Shown here: one piece after another, positions 30,351 through 40,541 of the stretch | How the letters are laid out: each line of letters starts with the position of its first letter | Position numbering within the stretch: position 1 is the stretch's first letter | Assembly (NCBI GenBank): GCA_963743915.1 | Contig: CAVURN010000005.1 | Span: 224,001-288,000, forward strand | From: an uncultured Actinomycetota bacterium | Lineage (GTDB): Bacteria; Actinomycetota; Actinomycetes; JAHEKZ01 | Direction: 5' to 3' | DNA: 64,000 nucleotides | The notes under the pieces: generated by a model | The model's database searches: none | Told to the model about the DNA's origin: nothing | Seen by the model: only the letters and a program-made list of their open reading frames with translations | Translations under genes and position numbers: made by a program

Positions 30351-30640
30351 GCCCGCGGCTGCTCGACGGAGAGGAGGTCGAGCGACAGCTGGCCGACCTT
30401 CCCGGTTGGACCAGCGACGGGCAGAGCCTGTACACCAGCCTGGACTTCCCCACCTTCCTCGACGCCATCGCGGCGGTCGACGCGATCGCAGCCGACGCCG
30501 AGCAGATGGACCACCACCCCGACATCGACATCCGCTGGCGCACGCTCCGCATCACGTTGTCGACGCACTCGGCCGGTGGGATCACCCAGCTCGACATCGA
30601 GATGGCCCACCGCATCCGGGCGCACTCACCGAGCGCCTAG
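30347..30640 (+). CDS. pterin-4a-carbinolamine dehydratase
   Basis: DHHPDIDIRW..L.LSTHSAGGITQLD. Confidence 0.9.
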   Translation: MSPRLLDGEEVERQLADLPGWTSDGQSLYTSLDFPTFLDAIAAVDAIAADAEQMDHHPDIDIRWRTLRITLSTHSAGGITQLDIEMAHRIRAHSPSA

Positions 30641-30654
30641 GTGAAGACGCACCG

Positions 30655-31095
30655 TCAGCCGACGATCAGGTCGAACTCCATGTCGTCGTTGTGCGGGTCG
30701 CAGACGACGCGGTAGCTGCCGGCGGTCAAGCGAAGCTTGAACACCCAGCGACCCGTCCCCCGCACGGTTGTCGCGATGGACTTTCCATTGCCGTACAGGT
30801 GCCAGTTGTGTCGTACCGTCGAGTCGCGGACCACGATCCGGTAGCGGCCCGGGCTGGGTGTCCGGTCACTGATCTCGATGTCGCGGTCGTCGTTCACGAT
30901 GCCGACCAGCTTGGGGAGAGTCCCGGCCCTGTTGCTCTTGGCGAGGCTGACGTCCTCACCGCGGTGTCCCGCATCTGTGTGATCCAGGTGACCGGACTCT
31001 GCGGACGCCATGCCGATGGCGCCGGCGACAAGCGCAGCGGCTGCCGCTGACGAGATGAGCAACGAGGAGAGCCTCACCCCGTCAACGGTAGCCAT
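30655..31095 (-). CDS. secreted cupredoxin-like (type-1 copper) protein
   Basis: signal peptide; HNWH...GSYRVVCDPHNDDM provides His/Cys/His/Met ligands. Confidence 0.7.
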   Translation of the reverse strand: MATVDGVRLSSLLISSAAAAALVAGAIGMASAESGHLDHTDAGHRGEDVSLAKSNRAGTLPKLVGIVNDDRDIEISDRTPSPGRYRIVVRDSTVRHNWHLYGNGKSIATTVRGTGRWVFKLRLTAGSYRVVCDPHNDDMEFDLIVG

Positions 31096-31117
31096 CCCCA
31101 GGCCCCACGTGTCGCAA

Positions 31118-31146
31118 GTTCACTAGGGTGGCCCACAGGCCGATCG
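31118..31146 (+). promoter_or_regulatory. sigma-28-like promoter candidate
   Basis: GTTCAC-N15-GCCGATCG, 13 nt upstream of the 31160 start. Confidence 0.45.
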
Positions 31147-31159
31147 CGAAGGGAACGCC

Positions 31160-31507
31160 GTGAGCACACCGGCAGGTTGGTACCCAGATCCTGACGATCC
31201 CGCGTCCCAGCGCTTCTTCGACGGCACGCAATGGACCGAGCAGCGGATGCCGGCCGCACAACCTGGGTTCGAGTCACCACCCGCCGAAGGACCCTCGACG
31301 CCGGGCAACGGACTGTCGATCGCGGCCATCGCCTGCGGCATCGTGGCCTTGCTCATCTGTCCGATCTTGCTCGGTCCTGCCGGGATCGTCCTGGGCGTCA
31401 TGGCCCTGCGCCGCGACGAAAGCCTCGCGAAAGTGGGCATCGGCGTCGCCGTGGGGGGCATGATCGGCGGCTTCGTCCTCGGAGCCGTCCTCGCATCGAC
31501 GAGCTGA
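31160..31507 (+). CDS. DUF2510 / DUF4190-type small membrane protein
   Basis: PAGWYPDP...RFFDGTQWT plus two C-terminal TM helices. Confidence 0.8.
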   Translation: MSTPAGWYPDPDDPASQRFFDGTQWTEQRMPAAQPGFESPPAEGPSTPGNGLSIAAIACGIVALLICPILLGPAGIVLGVMALRRDESLAKVGIGVAVGGMIGGFVLGAVLASTS

Positions 31508-31508
31508 C

Positions 31509-32243
31509 ATGCCCGAGAACTACTTCGACGAAGCGGTGGCCGCAGGCTACGACGACGACTGCGACGACCTCGACCCCGCGGTGCTCGAGCAGACGGTCGA
31601 CTTCCTGGTCGACCACGCACGCGGTGGTGACGCGCTCGAGCTCGGCATCGGGACCGGTCGGGTGGCTCTGCCCCTCGCCGGCCGAGGAGTCTCCGTGCGT
31701 GGCATCGACCTCTCGGCCCCCATGGTCGCGAGGTTGCGGGCGAAGCCGGGTGGCGCGGATATCGAGGTGATCCTCGATGACTTCGCGCACGCGAAGGTCG
31801 CCGGCTCCTTCCGACTCGCCTACCTCGTGTTCAACACCATCACGAACCTCACCAGCCAGGACGAGCAGGTCGCGTGCTTCAGGAACGTCGCCGATCACCT
31901 CGAACCAGGCGGGCGCTTCGTCATCGAGGTGTTCGTGCCGATCCTTCAGCGGCTTCCCCGGGGTGAGACCACGCGCATCTTCCATCAGGACGCGCAGGGG
32001 TTGAGCTACGACGAGTACGACGTCTCCACCCAGCAGATGTACTCGCACCACTACTCGTTCAGTGACGGCACCTACCGGCTCAACTCCATTCCCTTCCGGT
32101 ACGTGTGGCCGGCGGAGCTGGACCTCATGGCTCGCATCGCCGGATTGCATCTCGTGGAGCGCTGGGGCGGCTGGGACCGCGCCCCTTTCACCGCTGAGAG
32201 CACGTACCACGTCTCGGTCTGGGAGAAGGAGCCGTCGGCCTAG
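31509..32243 (+). CDS. class I SAM-dependent methyltransferase
   Basis: ALELGIGTGR motif I; GIDLSAPM; HLEPGGRFVIE. Confidence 0.9.
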   Translation: MPENYFDEAVAAGYDDDCDDLDPAVLEQTVDFLVDHARGGDALELGIGTGRVALPLAGRGVSVRGIDLSAPMVARLRAKPGGADIEVILDDFAHAKVAGSFRLAYLVFNTITNLTSQDEQVACFRNVADHLEPGGRFVIEVFVPILQRLPRGETTRIFHQDAQGLSYDEYDVSTQQMYSHHYSFSDGTYRLNSIPFRYVWPAELDLMARIAGLHLVERWGGWDRAPFTAESTYHVSVWEKEPSA

Positions 32244-32527
32244 ACATCCACCGTCAGGCCGATGGTCACGGTGTGCCCCACTTGGAGCTTCTCCGCCCTC
32301 CGCACCTTGTCCTTCACCGGCACGATGTATCCGCCGTCCTTCGGAAAGAGCGAGGTCGTCCACTCGGTGCGGCCGATCTGCGCGGAGACCGGGATCATGC
32401 CCCATCCATAGCTCACGAGGGGCGAGACGGCCTCCAGCTGCCCACACTCATCGTCCGGGACGGAAACGAAGTGGAACGGTGAAGGCCCCTTCCAGAACCA
32501 CATCTGCCCGCTGAACTCCAGGATCAT
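32240..32527 (-). CDS. DUF1905 family protein
   Basis: FHFVSVP..GWGMIPV.AQIG..WTTSLFPK.G.YIVPVK. Confidence 0.75.
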   Translation of the reverse strand: MILEFSGQMWFWKGPSPFHFVSVPDDECGQLEAVSPLVSYGWGMIPVSAQIGRTEWTTSLFPKDGGYIVPVKDKVRRAEKLQVGHTVTIGLTVDV

Positions 32528-32584
32528 GCGTCGAGAATAGGCGTCGCACTAGAGTGCACTCCTGGTCTGCGGATGGGGTACACC

Positions 32585-33391
32585 ATGAACGCACACGACG
32601 ATCCGGTCGCGACCTTTCGCCAGCTGCACTCCACGGGATGTTTCGTCATGCCGAACCCTTGGGATGTCGGCAGCGCCCGTGCCCTCGAACGGATGGGCTT
32701 TCCTGCTCTGGCCACGACGAGCGCCGGCTTCGCGTGGACACAGGGGCGAGCCGACAACCACGTGACGCTCGAGCGGATGCTCGAACATCTTCGGGCCGTG
32801 GTGGGAGCCGTCCAGGTTCCGGTGAACGCCGACTTCGAAGGCGGCTTCGCGGTAGACCCGGTCGACGTGGCGACGAACGTGAGGCTGGCGACGGAAACCG
32901 GCATTGCGGGGATCTCGATCGAGGACTCATCGGGTGACAGTGGTGATCCGCTCTTCGAGCTCGAGCTCGCGGTGGACCGGATACAGGCCGCTCGCAGCGC
33001 GATCGACAAGAGTGGCTCAGGCGTCTTCCTCACCGGTCGTTCCGAGGGGTTTGTCTGCGGGCGCCCCGACATCGACGAGACGATCCGAAGGTTGCGCGCC
33101 TACGCCGACGCCGGAGCGGACTGTCTCTATGCCCCGCGCATCAGCAGCCTCGAGCACGTGGTCGCGATCGTGTCAGCGGTGGCGCCCAAGCCGGTGAACC
33201 TGCTGATCAACTCCCCCTTCACCACGGTCGCGGAGGCGGCACGGCTCGGCGTCCGGCGGATCAGTGTCGGAGGAACGCTCGCGCGCACTGCCTGGAAGGG
33301 CTTCTTCGAGGCCGCGAAGGAGATCGCTGACACGGGAACCTTCACGCGCTTCGAGCACCTGCCGGATGTCGATGCCTTGATGGACAGGTGA
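32585..33391 (+). CDS. isocitrate lyase/PEP mutase family protein
   Basis: PNPWDVGSAR, ALATTSAG, PVNADFEGG, SIED, YADAGADCLYAP. Confidence 0.88.
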   Translation: MNAHDDPVATFRQLHSTGCFVMPNPWDVGSARALERMGFPALATTSAGFAWTQGRADNHVTLERMLEHLRAVVGAVQVPVNADFEGGFAVDPVDVATNVRLATETGIAGISIEDSSGDSGDPLFELELAVDRIQAARSAIDKSGSGVFLTGRSEGFVCGRPDIDETIRRLRAYADAGADCLYAPRISSLEHVVAIVSAVAPKPVNLLINSPFTTVAEAARLGVRRISVGGTLARTAWKGFFEAAKEIADTGTFTRFEHLPDVDALMDR

Positions 33392-33442
33392 CGTTCGAGG
33401 TCACCGTTGATCGAGCGGTACCAGCCGGGTCAGAATCGGGCC

Positions 33443-33721
33443 ATGTACCGGTCGGCGGATCCCGAGGATGGCGCCTCTCCCGCGGTGGATCCGGTCCAAA
33501 GGACGTACGACACCACCCTCACCGTGGAAGTCGACGGAGAGCTGTTTGCGGTCAGCGTGGGGACGGACGGCGACAATGACTACGTCTGGCTGACCGGCCC
33601 CAACCCCGGTTACGGCTTCGGTGAGAGTGGCCCGTTCGAGCGTTCGCTGGTCGACCACCGTGCGGCGATCCGGAACTTCCTCGACCAGATCGACCCGGAG
33701 ACGGGCTACATCGAGGAGTGA
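33443..33721 (+). CDS. hypothetical protein
   Basis: GC3-biased ORF ending IRNFLDQIDPETGYIEE. Confidence 0.6.
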   Translation: MYRSADPEDGASPAVDPVQRTYDTTLTVEVDGELFAVSVGTDGDNDYVWLTGPNPGYGFGESGPFERSLVDHRAAIRNFLDQIDPETGYIEE

Positions 33722-33733
33722 GAGTGTGAGAGC

Positions 33734-34123
33734 TCACTTCGGAGTGGGCCAGCCTCCATAAGGCACCGTCAGGATCTCCAGGACGTGACCGTCAGGGTCG
33801 TCCCAGTACAAACCACGGCCACCGTCGTTGGTGTTGATCTGCTGCTCGAGCTCGTGGGAGGGGTCGGCCCAGTAGGGCAACCCCCTGTCGACCAGACGCC
33901 CGTGGATGGCGTCGAACTCGGCCTCGCTGACCAGGAATGCGTAGTGCTGGGCGTGCACTTCTCCCTCCAGAAAGTCCAGCGAGATCCCGTTCGCCACCTC
34001 CACGACCGCGAAGGGGCCGAAGCTGCCTGGCTCGGGCAATCCGAGCAGCTCCGCCAAGAACCGCGCCGACCTGGTCTTGTCGCGGCAGTAGACGATGGTG
34101 TGGTTCAACTCGACCGGCATCAT
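33734..34123 (-). CDS. VOC (glyoxalase/bleomycin-resistance) family protein
   Basis: LNHTIV, QHYAFLVSE, GGRGLYWDDPDGHVLEILT. Confidence 0.88.
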   Translation of the reverse strand: MMPVELNHTIVYCRDKTRSARFLAELLGLPEPGSFGPFAVVEVANGISLDFLEGEVHAQHYAFLVSEAEFDAIHGRLVDRGLPYWADPSHELEQQINTNDGGRGLYWDDPDGHVLEILTVPYGGWPTPK

Positions 34124-34313
34124 GTCCTCCGGAGGCGTGTGGCTGCTCACTCTTCACTCTGGCACGAGCATCGTCCAGTGCTCTCCGCCAATCCGGTCTT
34201 CCGTAGCTCGGCACGGACGCCCTCCCGGTCAACGTCACGACACGCTGAAGTGGACCCCACCGGACGCGGCATCTGGTGGATCTCACCCGCCGGTGGTTGC
34301 CTACGATGCGTCC

Positions 34314-34508
34314 ATGAACGACGAGCCCTCCTTGCCGAAGGTCGGCGCACCCGCGACTCGTGCGCTCAACGCCGCTGGCTATCACTCGGTCAAGGACCTC
34401 GACGGTGCAAGCCGTAGGGCGTTGCTGGCACTTCACGGAGTGGGCCCCCGCGCTCTCCGAATCCTGGACGAGGCCATGCGTGAGGGCGAGTTCTCACTGA
34501 CCGACTAG
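34314..34508 (+). CDS. small helix-hairpin-helix DNA-binding protein
   Basis: LPKVGAPATRAL..AG...LLALHGVGPRALRIL. Confidence 0.7.
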   Translation: MNDEPSLPKVGAPATRALNAAGYHSVKDLDGASRRALLALHGVGPRALRILDEAMREGEFSLTD

Positions 34509-34523
34509 AACCGTCGCCACTGA

Positions 34524-35597
34524 TCAGACGTTGAAGCGGAACTCCACCACGTCGCCGTCGTGCATGACGTAGTCCTTGCCCTCCATGCGGACTTTGCCCG
34601 CAGCTTTGGCATCTGCCATCGAACCGGTGGAGACCAGGTCGGCGAACGACACGACCTCCGCCTTGATGAACCCACGTTGGAAGTCGGTATGGATCACGCC
34701 TGCGGCCTCGGGGGCCGTGGCGCCCTTGCGGATCGTCCAGGCCCGGGCCTCCTTCGGGCCGGCAGTCAGGTACGTCTGAAGACCGAGCGTGTCGAAGCCG
34801 ACCCGCGCCAGCAGATCCAGCCCACTCTCCTCCTGGCCGATCGACTGCAGCAGCTCCAGAGCCTCGGCCTCGTCGAGCTCGACGAGCTCGGCCTCGATCT
34901 TGGCGTCGAGGAAGATCGCCTCGGCGGGAGCCACGAGGGCGCGCATCTCGTCCTTCAGGGACTCGTTGACGAGCTCAGACTCGTCCATGTTGAAGACGTA
35001 GAGGAACGGCTTGGCTGTCAGCAGGAAGAGCTCACGCAGCGGTTCGAGGTCGAGACCCGCCGCGAACACGGTCGTTCCGGAGTCGAGTACGGCCTTGGCC
35101 TCCTCGACCGCCGCGACTTGGTCGCCCTTGCCCTTCACCAGGCGCGCCTCCTTCTGGAGTCGAGGCAGCGACTTCTCGAGGGTCTGCAGGTCGGCGAGGA
35201 TCAGCTCGGTGTTGATGGTCTCGATGTCGTCCTTGGGTGACACAGCGCCGTCGACGTGCACGACGTCCGGGTCGTCGAAGACCCGAATCACCTGGCAGAT
35301 CGCGTCGGCCTCGCGGATGTGGGAGAGGAACTTGTTGCCCAGGCCTTGTCCCTCGGACGCCCCCCGCACGATGCCCGCGATGTCGACGAAGGAGACCGTT
35401 GCTGGGAGGGTTCGCTCCGAACCGAACATCTTCGCCAGCACGGGGAGCCGTTCATCGGGTACGCCGACGACCCCCACATTGGGCTCGATCGTGGCGAACG
35501 GGTAGTTCGCCGCGAGGACGTCGTTCTTGGTCAAGGCGTTGAAGAGCGTGGACTTTCCGACGTTGGGAAGCCCGACGATGCCGATGGTGAGTGCCAC
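34524..35597 (-). CDS. ychF: redox-regulated ATPase YchF
   Basis: GIVGLPNVGKSTLFNALT, ANYPFATIEPN, GLGNKFL, EGKDYVM.DGDVVEFRFNV. Confidence 0.97.
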   Translation of the reverse strand: MALTIGIVGLPNVGKSTLFNALTKNDVLAANYPFATIEPNVGVVGVPDERLPVLAKMFGSERTLPATVSFVDIAGIVRGASEGQGLGNKFLSHIREADAICQVIRVFDDPDVVHVDGAVSPKDDIETINTELILADLQTLEKSLPRLQKEARLVKGKGDQVAAVEEAKAVLDSGTTVFAAGLDLEPLRELFLLTAKPFLYVFNMDESELVNESLKDEMRALVAPAEAIFLDAKIEAELVELDEAEALELLQSIGQEESGLDLLARVGFDTLGLQTYLTAGPKEARAWTIRKGATAPEAAGVIHTDFQRGFIKAEVVSFADLVSTGSMADAKAAGKVRMEGKDYVMHDGDVVEFRFNV

Positions 35598-35659
35598 GAG
35601 CCACCATCGTACGGACGCGCCTGACCGGACTTGTCAGTCCCTCCGGGCACTCTGGTGCC

Positions 35660-36778
35660 ATGGACGTCACCACTGGTCTGCTGCTCACGCTCCTCGCACT
35701 GCTCGTCGGCGCCGCCATCGGCGCCGGACTGACGTGGCGACTCGCCACCCACAGGCTCCAGGACGCCCGCTCGGACACCCTCCCGACGGTCGCGCCCGAA
35801 CAGCTCATCGCGCCGGTGACCGAAGCACTCACGCGGGTCGAGCAACAGCTGTTGGACGCCGAACGCCACCGCGCGCAGGCCCACGGCCAGCTGCAGGCCG
35901 AGGTGAAGGCGATGAACGAGACGTCCCAGCTGCTGCGCACCGAGGCGTCCTCGTTGGTGGCCGCTCTCCGGGCCCCCCAGACACGCGGTCGCTGGGGTGA
36001 GGTGCAGCTTCGCCGAGTCGTCGAGCTGGCCGGTCTGGTGGAGCACTGCGACTTCACCGAGCAGCTGACGGTGGGCCGCTCCGACGACCGCCAGCGCCCC
36101 GACCTCGTCATCCACCTCGCCGGCGGCAAGAACATCGTGGTCGACGCCAAGGTGCCCTTCGCTGCCTACCTCGAGGCGAGCGCAGCGACCGATGAGGCGA
36201 CCGCGCTCGACCGCCGGGCCGCCCACGCACGCCATCTGCGCACCCACATCGACCAGCTCGCAGCCCGCGGGTACTGGGAGGCGCTCGCGCCCACCCCCGA
36301 GTTCGTCGTCCTGTTCGTCCCTGCGGAACCGTTCCTGTCGGCCGCACTCGACCACGACCCGACGCTGCTCGAGCACGCCTTCGCGCAGCAGGTCGTCGTG
36401 GCGACGCCGAACACCCTGGTGGCGCTGCTCCGGACCGTCGCCTACACGTGGAGGCAGGACGCTCTCACCGACAACGCCCAAGCGGTGCTGGCGACCGGAC
36501 GCGAGCTGCACCAGCGGCTGGGCACCCTCGGTGGCCACCTGACGAAGGTCGGGTCCTCCCTGGAGGCCAGCGTCCGGGCCTACAACCAGGTCGTCGGCTC
36601 GCTGGAGTCCAGGGTGCTGGTGACCGCCCGTCGGTTCCACGACCTCAAGGTGGTCGACGAGCCCGTGGCCGCCCCGCACACCATCGACCTCGCCCCTCGG
36701 TTCCCGCAGGCGGTCGAGCTGTCCGACTCGCTCGAGCCACCGGGGTCCGACACCGAGCTGCCCCGGGCCACCGGGTGA
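35660..36778 (+). CDS. rmuC: DNA recombination protein RmuC
   Basis: RGRWGEVQL, RPDLVIHL, VVDAKVP, PEFVVLFVPAE. Confidence 0.92.
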   Translation: MDVTTGLLLTLLALLVGAAIGAGLTWRLATHRLQDARSDTLPTVAPEQLIAPVTEALTRVEQQLLDAERHRAQAHGQLQAEVKAMNETSQLLRTEASSLVAALRAPQTRGRWGEVQLRRVVELAGLVEHCDFTEQLTVGRSDDRQRPDLVIHLAGGKNIVVDAKVPFAAYLEASAATDEATALDRRAAHARHLRTHIDQLAARGYWEALAPTPEFVVLFVPAEPFLSAALDHDPTLLEHAFAQQVVVATPNTLVALLRTVAYTWRQDALTDNAQAVLATGRELHQRLGTLGGHLTKVGSSLEASVRAYNQVVGSLESRVLVTARRFHDLKVVDEPVAAPHTIDLAPRFPQAVELSDSLEPPGSDTELPRATG

Positions 36779-36814
36779 CCTGACGGGACTGCTGAAGGCC
36801 TTACGGTAGGCGGT

Positions 36815-37279
36815 GTGTCCGCAACCGTCAGCAGTGATCGGCGCCCCAGCGTGAGCGCACCGGAAGGTCCACGGGAGCCCGAGGGTCGGCTGGTCCGATC
36901 CACCGCCCGGCTCGGCCTGACGTCCACCGGGGTGGCCCTGATCAGTGTCGCCGTCGGTCTGGTGGCGTCGATCATCGCGGAGCTGGTGACCGATGGGCTC
37001 GGCTGGGTCTTCGCCGTTCCCTTCATTCTGGTGTCGGTCTACTGCGCCTTCGAGGTGTCCGCCTCACAGCTGCGGGCCGCCGTCGTCACCCCGCCCCTCG
37101 TGGCCCTGCTGGTGGCGGTGATCAACCCGATCTGGGCATCGGGCCAGGTGGCCGGAGTTCGCGGCTGGACCGTCAAGACCCTGACCACGCTCACGACGAT
37201 GGCTCCGACTCTGCTGCTGGCGACCGGCCTGGCCGCGGCGATCGTCGGCTGGCGTTACTGGCGCGGTCGTTCGACCTGA
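36815..37279 (+). CDS. membrane protein (DUF6542-like)
   Basis: 4 TM segments, AVVTPPL; usual position next to ispH in actinobacteria. Confidence 0.65.
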   Translation: MSATVSSDRRPSVSAPEGPREPEGRLVRSTARLGLTSTGVALISVAVGLVASIIAELVTDGLGWVFAVPFILVSVYCAFEVSASQLRAAVVTPPLVALLVAVINPIWASGQVAGVRGWTVKTLTTLTTMAPTLLLATGLAAAIVGWRYWRGRST

Positions 37280-37291
37280 CGGTGACCCCCG

Positions 37292-38254
37292 TCACGCCTT
37301 GGCGGCCGCCTTCAGGTCCCGCCGCAGCTCCTGCGGCAGCGAGAAGACCAGCGACTCCTCGGCCGCGTTGACCGTCTCGACGTCGCCGTAGCCGCGCTCG
37401 GCGAGCCACGACAGCACACCCTCCACCAGGTCCTCCGGCACCGAGGCGCCGCTGGTGACGCCGACCGTCGACACCCCTTCGAGCCAGGCGGCGTCCACCT
37501 CGTCGGCGTTGTCGACGCGTATTGCGGACTTCGCGCCGGCATTCAGAGCGACCTCGACGAGGCGGACCGAGTTCGACGAGTTGCCCGACCCCACGACCAG
37601 CACGAGGTCGGAGTCCGAGGCCATCAGCTTCACGGCGGCCTGGCGGTTCTGCGTGGCGTAGCAGATGTCGTCGCTGGGTGGGCTCATCAGGTTGGGGTAC
37701 CGCTGGCGCAGCCGATCGACGGTCTCCATGGTCTCGTCCACCGACAACGTGGTCTGCGACAGCCACACCACCTTGTCGGGGTCAGGGACGTGCACGTCAT
37801 CGACGTGGTCGGGTCCGTCGACCAGAGTGATGTGCTCCGGCGCCTGGCCCGAGGTCCCCACGACTTCCTCATGACCCTCGTGGCCGATGAGCAGGATCTG
37901 ATACCCCTCGTTCGAGAACCGGCGCGCCTCGTGATGCACCTTGGTCACCAGGGGGCACGTGGCGTCGATCGTCCGCAGGTTCCGCTGAGCCGCCTCCTCG
38001 TGCACCGAGGGTGCGACCCCGTGGGCGGAGAAGATCACCAGGGCGCCCTCCGGCACCTCGTCGTTCTCGTCGACGAAGATCGCCCCGCGGGCCTCGAGGT
38101 CCTCGACCACGTGTCTGTTGTGGACGATCTGCTTGCGGACGTACACCGGGGCACCGTAGAGCTCCAGCGCCTTCTCGACCGTGACCACGGCTCGGTCCAC
38201 ACCGGCGCAGTAGCCCCGGGGGGAGGCGAGGAGCACGCGCTTGGCCGACGACAT
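37292..38254 (-). CDS. ispH: 4-hydroxy-3-methylbut-2-enyl diphosphate reductase
   Basis: [36 protein letters not shown]. Confidence 0.97.
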   Translation of the reverse strand: MSSAKRVLLASPRGYCAGVDRAVVTVEKALELYGAPVYVRKQIVHNRHVVEDLEARGAIFVDENDEVPEGALVIFSAHGVAPSVHEEAAQRNLRTIDATCPLVTKVHHEARRFSNEGYQILLIGHEGHEEVVGTSGQAPEHITLVDGPDHVDDVHVPDPDKVVWLSQTTLSVDETMETVDRLRQRYPNLMSPPSDDICYATQNRQAAVKLMASDSDLVLVVGSGNSSNSVRLVEVALNAGAKSAIRVDNADEVDAAWLEGVSTVGVTSGASVPEDLVEGVLSWLAERGYGDVETVNAAEESLVFSLPQELRRDLKAAAKA

Positions 38255-38337
38255 GCCTCCATCGTAGGTGGCCGAGTCAGGGACGCGACCGGTGGAAGAG
38301 CGGCGGCGTGAGGGTGGGGGCCCGTACGCTCGGCGCC

Positions 38338-39555
38338 GTGGCCCTGCAGACCTCTCCTGAGAAGCCGGCCGCCGTTCGGACGGTGGCCAAGGCGGTCGCG
38401 GGTTGGATCGACCGGCTCGGCGCCATCTGGGTCGAGGGGCAGGTGGCGCAGCTGAGCCGGCGGCCCGGTGCCGGCATGATCTTCCTCACCCTGCGGGACA
38501 CCGCCGCCGACCTGTCCGTCACCGTGACGTGCTCGCGACGCGTCCTGGACGCCGCCGAGCCCACCATCGCCGAAGGTGACCGGATCGTCGTCTTCGCCAA
38601 GCCTTCGTTCTACGCCGCCCGCGGCACCTTCTCCCTCGCTGCCAGCGAGATCCGGCACGTCGGGCTCGGCGAGCTGCTTGCGCGTCTCGAGCGTCTCAAG
38701 TCCACCCTGGCCGCTGAGGGGCTCTTCGCGGTGGACCGCAAGCGGCCACTGCCGTTCCTGCCACGCGGCATCGGCCTCATCTGCGGACGGGCGTCCGCCG
38801 CCGAGCGCGACGTCGTCGAGAACGCGCGACGGCGCTGGCCCTCCGTGCAGTTCGTGACGCGTGAGGTGGCCGTGCAGGGGCCGACAGCTGCGGCTGCGGT
38901 GACCGCCGCGCTGCGTGAGCTCGACGCGGACCACCACGTCGACGTGATCGTCATCACCCGTGGGGGCGGTTCGGTGGAGGACCTGCTTCCGTTCTCGGAG
39001 GAGGGCCTGATCCGGGCGGTGGCGTCCGCGGCCACCCCGGTCGTGAGCGCCATCGGGCACGAGCAGGACTCCCCCCTGCTCGACCTCGTCGCCGACGTGC
39101 GGGCCTCCACACCGACGGACGCCGCGCGCCGGGTGGTGCCGGACGTCGAGGCGGAGCTCGACGCAGTGCTGAAGGCCCGGGGCCGAGTCCGCGAGGCAGT
39201 GCTGCTCCACCTCAACCGCGAGCAGCAAGGTCTCGACCACCTGCGGAGCCGGCCGGTGCTGGCCCAGCCCCAGACACTCGTCGATGCCCAGCAGTCCCTG
39301 GTCACCGACCTCGTCCGCCGGGCCCGGCGGAGCCTGACCACCCGCCTCGAGAACGCCACGCACGACCTGGCCCACACCCGGGCGCGGGTCCGGGCACTCT
39401 CTCCCCAGGCCACGCTCGACCGCGGCTACGCGCTCGTACAGACCGCTGAAGGAGCGGTCGTGCGTGAGCCGCCGCCACTGCATGCGCCGTTGCTCGTCCG
39501 CGTGGCAGCTGGCTCCTTCTCCGCCACCCGCACCGAACCCACGGAGGCCCCATGA
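38338..39555 (+). CDS. xseA: exodeoxyribonuclease VII large subunit
   Basis: WVEGQV OB-fold, [29 protein letters not shown]. Confidence 0.95.
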   Translation: MALQTSPEKPAAVRTVAKAVAGWIDRLGAIWVEGQVAQLSRRPGAGMIFLTLRDTAADLSVTVTCSRRVLDAAEPTIAEGDRIVVFAKPSFYAARGTFSLAASEIRHVGLGELLARLERLKSTLAAEGLFAVDRKRPLPFLPRGIGLICGRASAAERDVVENARRRWPSVQFVTREVAVQGPTAAAAVTAALRELDADHHVDVIVITRGGGSVEDLLPFSEEGLIRAVASAATPVVSAIGHEQDSPLLDLVADVRASTPTDAARRVVPDVEAELDAVLKARGRVREAVLLHLNREQQGLDHLRSRPVLAQPQTLVDAQQSLVTDLVRRARRSLTTRLENATHDLAHTRARVRALSPQATLDRGYALVQTAEGAVVREPPPLHAPLLVRVAAGSFSATRTEPTEAP

Positions 39556-39770
39556 CCGACGCCGCAGCCACGCCCGAGATCGGGTACGAGGCGGCCCGCG
39601 ACGAGCTCATCGACGTGGTCAAAAGACTCGAGGGTGGAGGCTTGACGCTCGAGGAGTCCATCGCGCTCTGGGAGCGCGGCGAGGCACTGGCCACCATCTG
39701 TCAGACCTGGCTCGAGGGCGCGCGCGCCCGGTTGGCGGCCGTGGCCCCCGAGGACGCCGAGGAGGCCTAG
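39552..39770 (+). CDS. xseB: exodeoxyribonuclease VII small subunit
   Basis: [28 protein letters not shown]. Confidence 0.93.
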   Translation: MTDAAATPEIGYEAARDELIDVVKRLEGGGLTLEESIALWERGEALATICQTWLEGARARLAAVAPEDAEEA

Positions 39771-39781
39771 CCACGCAACCG

Positions 39782-40354
39782 TCAGCGCAGCGACGAGGCC
39801 AGCTCGGCCAGCTCAGGGACGTCTGCCTTTCCCGTCACGACGACGGTCACCGGCGGGTTGAGCCGATCGCGCACCAACACCAGTGCCTGCTGTCGGGTGG
39901 TCTCGGACTCCAGCTGCTGCCACGCCACCCCGTCGATCTCGACCTCACCCACGGGTAGCGCGCCGTCGAGCCACTCGTCGATGACGATGGCCGTCGAGGC
40001 GTCCGTCTGCTTCACCTCGGCATAGGAGTCGTCCGGCGTCACGTATCCCACGTGCAGGACACCGCCGTCGACGCCCGAGACGGTTGCACTGTCGAACCAG
40101 GCGCTGGTCGCCGTCCAGCCCTGGGGTGGCTTCGGCTCCCAGACCGCGAACGGTTCACCGGAACGCACCTGCGTCACCACGCGCTCGACGTCGACCGCTG
40201 GGCGGATCGGCCCTTGCACCTCGGGCCGCTGCCAGGCCACGACCCAGTAGGTGGCGAGCACCACGACGCCCACGACCGCCATGGACAGCACGATGTCGCG
40301 GATCGTCTCCGACCCTCGTCGGCGTCCCGGCCCGGAGCCAGCGGTGGATGTCAC
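39782..40354 (-). CDS. DUF4245-like membrane-anchored protein
   Basis: RDIVLSM TM anchor, [16 protein letters not shown]; usual xseB-glpX position. Confidence 0.75.
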   Translation of the reverse strand: MTSTAGSGPGRRRGSETIRDIVLSMAVVGVVVLATYWVVAWQRPEVQGPIRPAVDVERVVTQVRSGEPFAVWEPKPPQGWTATSAWFDSATVSGVDGGVLHVGYVTPDDSYAEVKQTDASTAIVIDEWLDGALPVGEVEIDGVAWQQLESETTRQQALVLVRDRLNPPVTVVVTGKADVPELAELASSLR

Positions 40355-40541
40355 ACGTCCATGGTTCCTCATGAACGGCCGAAGGGCGTCTTTGCGGGCG
40401 CATCGGACACTGATCGGCGTACTCCGGGCCACGTGCTCCATCCGGGGGCCGAGGGGACTGAGCACTCCGATTCACGTTGGCACCGATGAGAGCCGGATCC
40501 GCGACGGATACGATCGACCCAGCCGACGTGAGGGGACCACC

